The position numbers were made by a program, and so were the translations under genes. DNA of 64,000 bases from Verrucomicrobiota bacterium (GTDB taxonomy: Bacteria; Verrucomicrobiota; Verrucomicrobiia; Limisphaerales; Palsa-1400). This document shows positions 45,252-54,806 of the stretch, piece after piece; positions within the stretch are counted from its first letter, which is position 1, and every line of letters begins with the position of its first letter. Location: positions 73 to 64,072 of the forward strand of contig JBEKSF010000014.1 in NCBI GenBank assembly GCA_049517295.1, given 5' to 3'. The notes beneath the pieces were generated by a model. That model had not been told where the DNA came from. It searched no databases and worked only from the letters and a program-made list of their open reading frames with translations.

Positions 45252-48200
45252 ATGCCCGCCCTAAGACCAGACACTTGCAAGCCGGGAATGCGCGTCCGGG
45301 TGATTGGAGCACCTGAGCGCCAAGGAATGGTTGCTGGCGAGACGCGAATAATCGATAGTCGATGGTTCGTTCGAGTGAACTTCGACGATGGCGTCCGTCG
45401 ACTTACCCCATTGGATTTGCTCGAACCACTGCCCGATCACCGTGATGCCATTGAAGAAATCAAAGGTGGGCGTTTTGAGGGACCGGAAAGTCTCCGTAGA
45501 AATGTGCTCCACGAGAAACTGCACGGACGACTTTCCGACGTCATGTATTCGATGGACACATCGGACACAACTTTTCTTGCCTATCAATTCAAGCCCATCC
45601 TGAAATTGCTGGAGTCGCCCACGAACAGCCTATTGATTGCCGATGAGGTCGGCTTGGGCAAAACCATTGAAGCAGGTTTGATCTGGACGGAGCTAAAAGC
45701 TCGTGACGGTGCTCAGACCTTGCTCGTGGTCTGCCCGCCGCATCTCGTCACCAAATGGCGCAATGAGCTAAAGCGTCGTTTCGGAGTGGATACCCAGATT
45801 GCCGGTCCATCTGAAGTCTTGGAGAAATTAAACGAAGCCCGCCGTAACCAGAGCGCGGGCTTCGCCCTTGTCACCACCTACCATGGCCTTCGTCCTCCCA
45901 AGGATTGGGAGAGTGAAAACAATGGCCCAGCCGCCCAACTGGCCCGTCAGCTCACCGTTTGGAGTGATACTGAGGAACCATTCCTCGATTTGCTAGTCAT
46001 GGACGAGGCCGCTATCATGCGTAACGAGGAGGCCCAGACATCGAAACTGGGCGCGCTTCTCACGCCGATTGCCAAACAAAAGGTTTACCTTTCTGCAACT
46101 CCTTTACACACGCGAGCGCGAAATCTATTCACCTTGTTGCGACGGCTCGACCCGGATACTTTTCCAGATGAGGAGACCTTTGCGACCATCCTTGAATCCA
46201 ACGCCCCTTTGGTCGCCCTGCGTGACTCCATTTTACTGGGCCATCCGGAGCGGGAGTCCCTGCTGGCGCAACTCGACTTCGCCATTCATTCACCGCTGCT
46301 CGCTGGCAACCGCACGCTGGCAGATTTGCGGGCGCGGATCAGCCAGGAACCAGACCTTGCCAAGGCGAAAGTACGTGCGGAACTCGCTTACCAGAGCGAG
46401 CGAGCCAACTTGCTTTCCTATGTGGTGACCCGCACCCGTCGCCGCGACGTTGACACTCATCCTGTCCTGCGGGAAGTCAATACCGTCAGGGTTCCTCTTA
46501 AGCCTATTGAGCAAGAGTTGTATCAACGCGTCACCGAAGCGGTCTACGCTTATGCGGATCGACACGACATTAGCTCTGGCTTTCTTACCGTCATGCCTCA
46601 GCGTCAGGTCGCGAGTTGCGTCGTTGCTGCTTACAACCGCTTCAACGTCGCCGCCGAGGAAGATGAAACCATCAACCCCGACTTTACATGGGATCGGCGC
46701 AACGCATTAGCTGGCCCTCTGATTCAATTCCTTCGGGAAGAACTGGCTGGCTGTATCGATCCAGAGGCTCTCCGCAGATGCGATTCCAAATACGAGAAAC
46801 TTCGCGAGGCCATTCGACACCACTGGGCTGAACACCCCGGCAGCAAGATCGTCATCTTCGCATATTTTAAGCCCACCCTTTACTATCTCACGGAGCGCCT
46901 TCGGGAAAATGGCATAGCCTCACTGCTTCTAACCGGGGACGAAACATGCGACAAACAGGAGATCATTGATAAATTTTCTCGTGTGGATTCCGCGCCTATT
47001 CTTCTTTCCTCTGAAATCGGCAGCGAAGGTCTCGACCTCCAGTTTGCCAGCGCGATGGTGAACTACGATCTTCCATGGAACCCAATGGTCGTCGAACAGC
47101 GGATAGGGCGCATCCATCGAATCGGGCAGAAGGCCGACCGGATTGTGGTGATGAATCTTGTGTGCGAAGGCACGGTTGATGAACGCATTTACGACCGCCT
47201 ATACGACCGCCTTCACCTATTCCGCCGCACGCTTGGCGACCTGGAAGCCGTCATCGGACCACTCATCAATGAATTGACCAGAGAACTCTTTTCTCTCCGA
47301 CTAAGTCCTGATCAGCAATCGCAACGAATCGAGCGGACGGCCGTTGCGATTGAGGAGAAAATGAGGCAGGAAGAAGAACTGGAGCAGGATGCTCCCGTCC
47401 TGGCTGCTTATGGCGACTACGTCATCAATCAGATCGCCGCCGCCCACCAGCGGGGGGACTGGATCAATGGAAGCGATCTTGAAGCGTATGTCCTTTCCTT
47501 CTTTCGTCGGGTCTTCCCGGCGACCCGGATTCAGGGCCTTGACCAGAAAGAGGGAATCTTCGAGATCGAACTGGATTCCGAGGTTTGGCGCCACTTCGAT
47601 GAGTTCCTTAGTTTGAAAAACCTGCGTGGCCAAACGCGCCTCGCCACTCAAGAGAAGCAGCGCGTCCGTTTCGACCACCGTGTCTTCAAATCGGCCGGCC
47701 CCGGTATCGAGGTGGTTCATCAAGCGCATCCACTTATTCGTTTCATCGGCCACCATCTGCGGGTTAACCGCCTTGTCCAGCCCGTAGCCGTGGCTGCTGA
47801 AATCCCGGCTGCGGTCAGACCGCCGAACGCTATTCCCGGACTTTACGCCTTCGTCTCCCAGCGTTGGACGGTGGACGGACTTCGAAGCTACGAGCGGCTT
47901 CAGCACCAGCTCTTGTCCCTCGATTCACAAACAACGATTGAAGAACCAGTCCTCGCGTCTTCTATTGTCGAAATCGCCGCCGTCTTGGGACAAGAATGTA
48001 CCGACATCCCAGAGGCCGGAGATGAATTGCTGGCTGCTCTTGGCGACAGTGTCGGAGATTTGGAATACGATTCAGATGTCGCCTTCCACCGTTTCCTGTC
48101 CAGCAGCGAGCGTGAGAATCAGGATCGCAAACAGATTCAAATCCGCGGTTTGCAGCGATTTGAAGCCCGGCGCGCTGCGGCCATTGAACAAGTCCGTGCT

Positions 48201-48359
48201 CGTCACGAGGCGCAGGGCCGCAGTTCTCTTGTCGCTGCCATGCAAGGCCAATTGGAGAGTTTGCGACGGAAATGTGAGGCCCAACGCCAGAAGATCGAAC
48301 ACAAACAAACCAAAGGCGACTGCGCCACTATCGCTGCTGGCTTTATCTTGGTTCGCTGA
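45252..48359 (+). CDS. SNF2-family (RapA/HepA-like) helicase/translocase with a small N-terminal beta-rich domain and an unassigned ~375-aa C-terminal region
   Basis: Motif I LLIADEVGLGKTIEAG (aa ~127-142). Motif II DLLVMDEAAIMRN (aa ~246-258). Motif III YLSATPL. C-lobe KIVIFAYF…, LLSSEIGSEGLDLQ, NYDLPWNPMVVEQRIGRIHRIGQ. The extreme C-terminus is coiled-coil-like (…QLESLRRKCEAQRQKIE…). Confidence 0.9.
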   Translation: MPALRPDTCKPGMRVRVIGAPERQGMVAGETRIIDSRWFVRVNFDDGVRRLTPLDLLEPLPDHRDAIEEIKGGRFEGPESLRRNVLHEKLHGRLSDVMYSMDTSDTTFLAYQFKPILKLLESPTNSLLIADEVGLGKTIEAGLIWTELKARDGAQTLLVVCPPHLVTKWRNELKRRFGVDTQIAGPSEVLEKLNEARRNQSAGFALVTTYHGLRPPKDWESENNGPAAQLARQLTVWSDTEEPFLDLLVMDEAAIMRNEEAQTSKLGALLTPIAKQKVYLSATPLHTRARNLFTLLRRLDPDTFPDEETFATILESNAPLVALRDSILLGHPERESLLAQLDFAIHSPLLAGNRTLADLRARISQEPDLAKAKVRAELAYQSERANLLSYVVTRTRRRDVDTHPVLREVNTVRVPLKPIEQELYQRVTEAVYAYADRHDISSGFLTVMPQRQVASCVVAAYNRFNVAAEEDETINPDFTWDRRNALAGPLIQFLREELAGCIDPEALRRCDSKYEKLREAIRHHWAEHPGSKIVIFAYFKPTLYYLTERLRENGIASLLLTGDETCDKQEIIDKFSRVDSAPILLSSEIGSEGLDLQFASAMVNYDLPWNPMVVEQRIGRIHRIGQKADRIVVMNLVCEGTVDERIYDRLYDRLHLFRRTLGDLEAVIGPLINELTRELFSLRLSPDQQSQRIERTAVAIEEKMRQEEELEQDAPVLAAYGDYVINQIAAAHQRGDWINGSDLEAYVLSFFRRVFPATRIQGLDQKEGIFEIELDSEVWRHFDEFLSLKNLRGQTRLATQEKQRVRFDHRVFKSAGPGIEVVHQAHPLIRFIGHHLRVNRLVQPVAVAAEIPAAVRPPNAIPGLYAFVSQRWTVDGLRSYERLQHQLLSLDSQTTIEEPVLASSIVEIAAVLGQECTDIPEAGDELLAALGDSVGDLEYDSDVAFHRFLSSSERENQDRKQIQIRGLQRFEARRAAAIEQVRARHEAQGRSSLVAAMQGQLESLRRKCEAQRQKIEHKQTKGDCATIAAGFILVR

Positions 48360-49820
48360 ATGAGTGACTCACAATCCATCTGGAGCCGATTGCGCGCACT
48401 GTTTCGCCGGAATAATCCTCCATCTCCCTCAAGCCCTCCCCTCGCTCCGGCACCAAGCGCCAAACAGATTCCACTCGCACCTCCGCCGCCTTCCGCCCCT
48501 CTTTCACCTTCTTCAACTGCACCACAGGTTCCCCTACCTTCGCAGTCGCGGGTCACCACGGTGCCTGTTCCTGCTGTCGATCTGGTGCTGGGTGTTGATC
48601 TCGGCACCTGTTGCACGAAGGTCGTCATCGGCGATCCCGGTTGGAAGAACAAGTCCTACGCCATCTCCTTTGGCCCCGCTGAAGGCGACATCTCAGCTTG
48701 GTTGCATCCGACGCGTTTTGGCTCTGAGACCGATCTGAAAATGCGGCTCATGAATGATCCAGCATCCGAACGAGTTCGTGACGCGCTGGCGTGCTACCTC
48801 GCTACGGTGATTGATAAGGCGCGCACCCGATTTGAAGCTCAAAGCACAGCCGACTATCGCCGACGGCAAATCCGATGGAGCTTAAACCTGGGCTTTCCCG
48901 GTAAGGCCGTGGACACTTCTCCTCTGGCCTCGGCTTATCGCGAGGTTGCCAGAGTTGCCATCGCGCTTTCATCACAGCCGGAGCCTCCTTCCTTGGAACT
49001 GGCGAGCCGTATTCGGCGCAAAGAGGCTGAATTCAAGCCTTTCGTACCCACTTCACGGATAGGAATCTATCCCGAGATCGCAGCCCAACTTGCAGGTTAC
49101 GTAAATTCCCCGCACCGTCGGCGTGGCAATCTCCTGTTGATTGACGTTGGCGCCGGCACCCTTGATGTTTCCACCATTATCCTCCACGGAGACGAGGAGC
49201 AAGACATCGTCGCATTCCACTTCTGCGAGGTGAAGAATTTGGGAGTGCTGCGACTATACGAAAAGCGCGCCTATGAGCTTGAGAACATTGAAAACGGATG
49301 TGTCAAATACCCGCTCGATTATTTTCAAGACGGATACCGCCCTGTTCCGGAGAAGCTCGCGGACTTTGTACGCGTCTGTTCGCCATCTCTTGACGCGGTC
49401 TTCCGGCGGGTTTCCTCCGAATTCGCAGCAGACGTTTTGGACGTTGCAGTGCGCTGTCTCTCGCGTTTTCGAAGAGCACAGCGCGAGGCTCATGCCAATC
49501 CAGCGTTTGAGCCGTGGGGACGTAACCTTCGCTTTTTCCTGACCGGCGGTGGCTGTCGCTCCCAATTCTACAATGCCCAACTTGCCAACGGGCCGTTAGA
49601 GGACAGACTCGCTTCTTACTTTACATGCTGGGAAACGCAGAGGCATCGCCGAAGGCAACTCCGCGAGGGGCTGCTCCTCGAACCCATGCCCCTGCCCGGA
49701 AACATGCACGACTTTCCCCAGGCGCTGCATCCACAGTTCGACCGGCTGAGTGTCGCCTACGGCTTGGCCTTTGGGGATCAGAACCTGATGAAGATCACGT
49801 TAGCTACGTGCCAATCATAG
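48360..49820 (+). CDS. Hsp70/actin-fold (ASKHA superfamily) ATPase-like protein with a Pro/Ser-rich N-terminal tail
   Basis: Phosphate-1 VLGVDLGTCCTKVV (aa ~76-89). Phosphate-2 LLLIDVGAGTLDVS (aa ~258-271). Adenosine motif FFLTGGGCRSQ (aa ~392-402). C-terminal DRLSVAYGLA. The first ~70 aa are low-complexity P/S/A. The ATG directly abuts the SNF2 stop codon. Confidence 0.7.
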   Translation: MSDSQSIWSRLRALFRRNNPPSPSSPPLAPAPSAKQIPLAPPPPSAPLSPSSTAPQVPLPSQSRVTTVPVPAVDLVLGVDLGTCCTKVVIGDPGWKNKSYAISFGPAEGDISAWLHPTRFGSETDLKMRLMNDPASERVRDALACYLATVIDKARTRFEAQSTADYRRRQIRWSLNLGFPGKAVDTSPLASAYREVARVAIALSSQPEPPSLELASRIRRKEAEFKPFVPTSRIGIYPEIAAQLAGYVNSPHRRRGNLLLIDVGAGTLDVSTIILHGDEEQDIVAFHFCEVKNLGVLRLYEKRAYELENIENGCVKYPLDYFQDGYRPVPEKLADFVRVCSPSLDAVFRRVSSEFAADVLDVAVRCLSRFRRAQREAHANPAFEPWGRNLRFFLTGGGCRSQFYNAQLANGPLEDRLASYFTCWETQRHRRRQLREGLLLEPMPLPGNMHDFPQALHPQFDRLSVAYGLAFGDQNLMKITLATCQS

Positions 49821-49822
49821 CC

Positions 49823-50470
49823 ATGCCCCGCCGCGCCCCAGAATTTCAGACCATCCGCTCCGAAGGTGGCCTGCTCCCGACTGATTTGCTGGAGCGGGTC
49901 GCTGCGATGAAGCGCTTCCTCTTCGGCCAATTGCCTGCGGTTTTGCTGCGCGAAGGTGGAAACAGTGGGAATCGCAGATTGCGGAATTGAAGGGGGAAGG
50001 CTACTGTACGAGCGATGAAACTGCGAGTGGACCTGCTGGAGCATTTGGCCGACGAGGACATCCTGGAGGAGGTCCTTGCGAACAATCACCGCTACAAGCC
50101 CGAGCCGCTTTTATCAAAAACCGGAGTTGGGAGTCTGTCGTCAGCTACAACCGAGGAGCGTGCGCAAGAGGAGGCGCGCAGCACGGCTTTAATCGAGAGA
50201 CTCAAGAGGCGTGCCGCCGCGAGTGGGAAGAGAAGCGAGGGCAAGTCCTCTCCCTCGCCGAATTGATAGAATTTCTGCGGCAGTGCCATCGCCGCGCCCC
50301 CGTTTCTTTTCTTCAACGGCAACACGTTCGCCGATATCGCCCGTCAGATCGTTTCCGCCCTTTTCGCGGAACTGTCCACCGGGCGCCGACGCGAGGTGGT
50401 TTCCGTTGCAAGAATGTCAGGGGAATGTTTGCCCGCTGCCCAGTGTGCCTTTATTCTTACTGCAGGAGCG
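49823..50470 (+). pseudogene. Frameshifted, internally deleted relic. Its N-terminus resembles large N6-adenine DNA methyltransferase / type IIG-like proteins (assignment from memory).
   Basis: The ATG lies 2 nt after the ASKHA stop and reads MPRRAPEFQTIRSEGGLLPTDLLERVAA. The sensible reading then continues in another frame (…DEALPLRPIACGFAARRWKQWESQIAELK), and further pieces lie in two frames (…LSLAELIEFLRQCHRRAP / FFNGNTFADIARQIV…). No intact ORF exceeds 170 aa. Confidence 0.35.
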
Positions 50471-50506
50471 TAATCCTGATGATTACTGATTCTTAATTGT
50501 TGCGCC

Positions 50507-53500
50507 TCAGCGCCTTACCGCGGTCGCGGCATCCGGCGCAATCTCAGGACCGTTTGTCATCAAAGTGAACGACGTAACAACGCCACCCCCGACAGGATCG
50601 ACCTGAACGGCATTGAGCGAAATCGGCCCGGTTTGCTTGTTGGCGCCCGTATAAAACCCATAGGCGGCGCCACCGGCTTCCACGCCATGGAATGTAAGCG
50701 CGCTGCGGCTGCCCGGCGGAGAGAACGTGCCGGTCAGCGCGCCGGTGGCCGCAGTCAAGGTGATGCTCACTTTGTTCGTATCGGTGAAGGTGTTCTTGGC
50801 AGGATTATATGTCACAGAAACGTCAGTTTCATCTTGCAGGCTCAAGCCGCTAAAACCCGGGTCAATCGCCAGAATCAGATCGGTCGCGCCAAAGAGATTG
50901 GTGCCAGCCTTGGGCGGTGTGTAGAGAGCGCCGGAAATGGCCGGCTGTCCGCTGAAACCATCGGGCCACGTGGAGCTGGTGTAATCGTAGGCGGTCAACC
51001 AATAGATGCTTGCCGAAGACATGCTGCCGGAGCCATCCATGGCGAACTGCATCCAGCCGAGGATGACGCCGTTGCCTCCGTAGAGGGAGGCGTAAACCGG
51101 GCAGGTGCCGTCTTGCGCCAGGGCAGTCGGGAAGGAAATTGTTGGGGAAGTGCCGTCGGCCAGGTTGAGAACCAGGGCGACGGCTCCGGCGGACCCTTTT
51201 TTGCTGCTCACCGTGGCGCTGCCGTAGCTGTATCCGGCGGGGCCTTGGGATGGATCGTTGGTTTCAGGGCTAATGACGACATTGTAAAGTCCAGCGAGAG
51301 TGTTGGTGTTATAGAGGGAAAGTTCACCCTGGATTTCGGCCGTGTAAGGATTATTGGTATCGGTCGCGCTGCTGAGAGCGTTCACAAAGCCCGTCAGCAG
51401 CCCGGCGCCCGGGTCTGTGAGAACGGGATCGGTGGCGACTTGGAGGATGACCTGCAAAAAAGCATTCTTGCCGAGTTGAATTACCGGCAGGGTCGCCGCC
51501 GCGGACGAACCGTCCGGCGCCACCGACAGTTGGCCGGTGAGGGCAGACCTGGATTTGCCATAGTCGGCATTGTAAAGCGTGCCGGAAAAGGCGCCAGTCT
51601 TGGTGACGGTGAGGGTGATGTAGCCGGCGTTACGGACTTGCGGTCCGTTATTGGTGTCGTAATACAAGCCGGTATAAGTGCCCGCCAGAATGCCGTTGGT
51701 GAAAGGGTTGGGCACGAAATTGGCGGTCAAGGCGCCATCGGTGTCAATATAATCGTAGGTTGCGCTGGAGGAAAGGACATCTCCGGCCCCATCGGTCCAT
51801 TGAGAGAAAATCCAGTTCGTGTTCTTGGGTTTGGCGGTCACGGGATAGGAGTTGCCGAGCTGCAACTGTTTGCCTGTCTGGAGGCCGGCGACCGTGCCCG
51901 CACCGGTCGGGTTGACGGTGACGACGGCGGAATTGGTTTGGACCCATTGGAAGGTGCGCGAGACGGGAGTGGACTGGTTGCCGACGTTGTCAATGGCAAA
52001 GACCGAGACGACAAAGGTGCCGGGCGTGCCAAATTGGCTAAAATCGACAGAATTGGACCAGGTAATTGATTTGGCTGGCAAGCCCTCCTGGTCAATCTCC
52101 ATCGCATTAGTGGTTTGGTCGTTGACATAAAACAGGATGCTGGCCACGCCGACTTTATCGCTGGCCGTGCCTTTGAGTTCAATGACCGAATTCTGATTGT
52201 AAACCTTGGAACCGGCCGCAGGGGAAGTGATGGTGACGGTGGGAGGAGTGAAATCAGCCGTGCCGGTGATGGTCCCTGTTTCCAGCGGGATGGTGGTGCC
52301 ATCCGCATTGCCCTGCTCCGTCTGCGTGTTTTTCCCGGTCACCGGCACAAAGGGGTTATAGTAGCTGTAGGTTCCGCCATTGGTGTCGTTAAGTGTCAGG
52401 CCCAGTTCGTAGTACCCGCTGATCGGTTCGGTACCCGGCATGGTATCGGAGTTGGTGGCGAACGTTTGCTCCTCATGCAAAAGGTCAAAAATGGTCGAGG
52501 CCGTGACAGTGATAGAGGTGGTGGTCCAACTGAGCGTCAGTGTCCCTTTTGTCGGGCTGCTGAATGTGGCGGTGCCGCCATTTTTATTAGCGGTGAATTT
52601 CTTAGCATCCCCCAACAAGCCCCCAAAGACGGTCACGGGGTTTGTCGCGGGGCCGATAGTGATCAAAAGCTGCGAGTTGGTGCCCATCTCGCTTATATCC
52701 AAGCTGGAGTTGGTTATATCCAGGAGCCCTTCCAACGGGAGGGAAATGTTGAGGCTGGCGGAACCGGACGTGCTGGCGTAATAGGCGGCGGGGGCGGCGG
52801 TATCTTTCCACGTGTCGCTGAAGCTGATGCCATGACCGGAGCCGGTCAGGGAGCCGGTTTCCAACGGAAAAGCGGCGCCATTTGGATTGGTGTGCTCGGT
52901 CTCGGTGTTTCTCAAGGTGCCTGTCACGTTGGTATCGTAGTTGAACATGCCGCCGTTGGTGTCGGAGAGAGACACATCGACTTCATTGGTCGCGGCTACG
53001 TCAAGCGTGTTGTCGGCGGGTATGCCATCGGAGCTCATGACGAAGTTGGTTTCCTCACCGAAAATGTCCACAGTAGCCGAGCCGGTGATCGTGAGGGTGG
53101 TGGGTGTCCAACTGACTTTGACACTGCCGTTGGTCGTCAGAAGGCCGGATATGGGATTCATCAGGGTGAAGGGGAAAGTGGCGCTGCCGTTTTTGCCGAG
53201 GGTGAATTTCTCGGCATCGGCCAGCGTGCCGGAAACAATGGGCATCGTGTTGCCCACGGGGCCGATATTAATCGAGAACTGCGAGTCGGTGCTAATTTCG
53301 CTTGACGTCAACTCCGAGTCCACGGGCAGCGAAGCAGTGAAGCTGAACGTGCCCGCGGTGCTGGCGGCGTCCTGTATCTCCGCGACGGCGGTATCTTTCC
53401 ACGTATCGCTGAAGCTGATGCCATGGCCGGCACCGGTCAGGGAGCCCGCTTCCAAAGGAATCGTGCCGCCACTGGAATTGGTGGCGTACTCCGTCTCGGT

Positions 53501-54100
53501 GTTTTTCAAGGTCCCCGTCACATTGGTATCGAAGTCGAACATCCCGCCGTTGGTGTCGGACAGGGACACATCGACTTCATTGGTGGCGTGCATGTCAACG
53601 GTGTTGTTGGCGGCGATGCCATCGGAGGTCATGAGGAAGTTGGTTTCCTCACCCAAAATGTCCACCGTGGTCGAGCCGCTGATGGTGAGGGTGGTGGGTG
53701 TCCAACTGACTTTGAAAGTGCCGTTGGTCGTCAGAAGGCCTGAGATGGGATTCATCAGGGTGAAGGGGAAAGTGGCGCTGCCGTTTTTGCCGAGGGTGAA
53801 TTTCTCGGCATCGGCCAGCGTGCCCGAGATAATGGGCATCGTGTTGCCAACCGGGCCGATACTGATCGAAAACTGCGAGTCGGTGCTAATCTCGCTTGAC
53901 GTCAGCTCCGAGTCCACAGGCAGCGAAGCCGTGAAGGTGAACGTGCCCGCAGTGCTGGCGGTAACCGTTGAATCCGGGACAGCCGTATCCTTCCACGAAT
54001 CGGTAAAGGTGGCGGCAGGGGCGGCGTGGGCGATGTTTGAGGCGGCGCAGAGGGTCGCGGCCAGAGCCATCCAAAGCACGAATGGGGTCTTGGTCTTCAT
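50507..54100 (-). CDS. Large secreted repeat protein (three ~197-aa tandem modules, Ig-like domain, long beta-rich C-terminal region)
   Basis: Signal peptide MKTKTPFVLWMALAATLCAASNIAHA (ATG 54100). The modules start F(T/S)D(S/T)WKDTA…, and two of them are near-identical. A TVTITSPAAGSKV…ASDKVGVASILFYVND segment looks Ig-like. Confidence 0.85.
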   Translation of the reverse strand: MKTKTPFVLWMALAATLCAASNIAHAAPAATFTDSWKDTAVPDSTVTASTAGTFTFTASLPVDSELTSSEISTDSQFSISIGPVGNTMPIISGTLADAEKFTLGKNGSATFPFTLMNPISGLLTTNGTFKVSWTPTTLTISGSTTVDILGEETNFLMTSDGIAANNTVDMHATNEVDVSLSDTNGGMFDFDTNVTGTLKNTETEYATNSSGGTIPLEAGSLTGAGHGISFSDTWKDTAVAEIQDAASTAGTFSFTASLPVDSELTSSEISTDSQFSINIGPVGNTMPIVSGTLADAEKFTLGKNGSATFPFTLMNPISGLLTTNGSVKVSWTPTTLTITGSATVDIFGEETNFVMSSDGIPADNTLDVAATNEVDVSLSDTNGGMFNYDTNVTGTLRNTETEHTNPNGAAFPLETGSLTGSGHGISFSDTWKDTAAPAAYYASTSGSASLNISLPLEGLLDITNSSLDISEMGTNSQLLITIGPATNPVTVFGGLLGDAKKFTANKNGGTATFSSPTKGTLTLSWTTTSITVTASTIFDLLHEEQTFATNSDTMPGTEPISGYYELGLTLNDTNGGTYSYYNPFVPVTGKNTQTEQGNADGTTIPLETGTITGTADFTPPTVTITSPAAGSKVYNQNSVIELKGTASDKVGVASILFYVNDQTTNAMEIDQEGLPAKSITWSNSVDFSQFGTPGTFVVSVFAIDNVGNQSTPVSRTFQWVQTNSAVVTVNPTGAGTVAGLQTGKQLQLGNSYPVTAKPKNTNWIFSQWTDGAGDVLSSSATYDYIDTDGALTANFVPNPFTNGILAGTYTGLYYDTNNGPQVRNAGYITLTVTKTGAFSGTLYNADYGKSRSALTGQLSVAPDGSSAAATLPVIQLGKNAFLQVILQVATDPVLTDPGAGLLTGFVNALSSATDTNNPYTAEIQGELSLYNTNTLAGLYNVVISPETNDPSQGPAGYSYGSATVSSKKGSAGAVALVLNLADGTSPTISFPTALAQDGTCPVYASLYGGNGVILGWMQFAMDGSGSMSSASIYWLTAYDYTSSTWPDGFSGQPAISGALYTPPKAGTNLFGATDLILAIDPGFSGLSLQDETDVSVTYNPAKNTFTDTNKVSITLTAATGALTGTFSPPGSRSALTFHGVEAGGAAYGFYTGANKQTGPISLNAVQVDPVGGGVVTSFTLMTNGPEIAPDAATAVRR
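52230..54010 (-). repeat. Three tandem 591-bp coding repeats
   Basis: ggtatctttccacgt.tcgctgaagctgatgccatg.ccgg recurs at 52799 and 53390 (period 591 bp = 197 codons). A third, more diverged unit lies on the 52.2-52.8 kb side. Confidence 0.8.
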
Positions 54101-54233
54101 AATAAAGATAGTCGGTTTTGACAGCATTTTTTCCGGGAAAACACTGATAAGTAAATTAGCATATACCGGAGCCTTGTCGAGAACTGTTTTCAAAGGGGCG
54201 TGACATTGGGGGGGCGGGGCTGTCTAATGGGGA

Positions 54234-54803
54234 GTGGAAACTGTCATGAAAGAGGCTTGCGCAACAGCCGAAAAGGCAGCGGGTGCGGAAGACCGGCTGT
54301 TGCCGGCGGAATTCAGCGGTCTTTATACCAGCCACAGCCGCGCCATTTATTACCTGGCACTGCGCTTTTTGGGGGACCCGCAAAAGGCGGAGGACGCGAC
54401 GCATGATGTGTTTCTGAAAGCGATTCGGAAGGCGGAGCAGTTTCGGGGCGAGGCCTCGGCGCGGACCTGGCTTTATCGCATCGCCATCAATCATTGCCGC
54501 AATCTTCAGCGGGTGTGGCATGACCGGCACGTTTTTGCGGCCAGCGACAGTGAAGTGTGGGAACAGACGGCCGGGGGCGAATCGCCGTTGCGCATCCTGG
54601 AGACCAAGGAACTGGGGGACCGGATTCAAAAGGCGCTGGACGGGCTGCCGGAGGAGCACCGGCTGTTGCTGCTGCTGGTCAGCGACGAGGAATTGAGCTA
54701 CGAAGAGGTTGGCGCGCTGACGGGGCAGTCAGCCGAGGCGGTGCGCGGGAAATTGCACCGCGGCCGCAAGGCCTTTGCCGCGCTATTCGCCAAGACGGAG
54801 TAA
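54234..54803 (+). CDS. ECF-type RNA polymerase sigma-70 factor
   Basis: Region 2 DATHDVFLKAIRKAEQFRGEASARTWLYRIAINHCRN. Region 4 LSYEEVGALTGQSAEAVRGKLHRGRKAF. Confidence 0.9.
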   Translation: METVMKEACATAEKAAGAEDRLLPAEFSGLYTSHSRAIYYLALRFLGDPQKAEDATHDVFLKAIRKAEQFRGEASARTWLYRIAINHCRNLQRVWHDRHVFAASDSEVWEQTAGGESPLRILETKELGDRIQKALDGLPEEHRLLLLLVSDEELSYEEVGALTGQSAEAVRGKLHRGRKAFAALFAKTE

Positions 54804-54806
54804 AAG

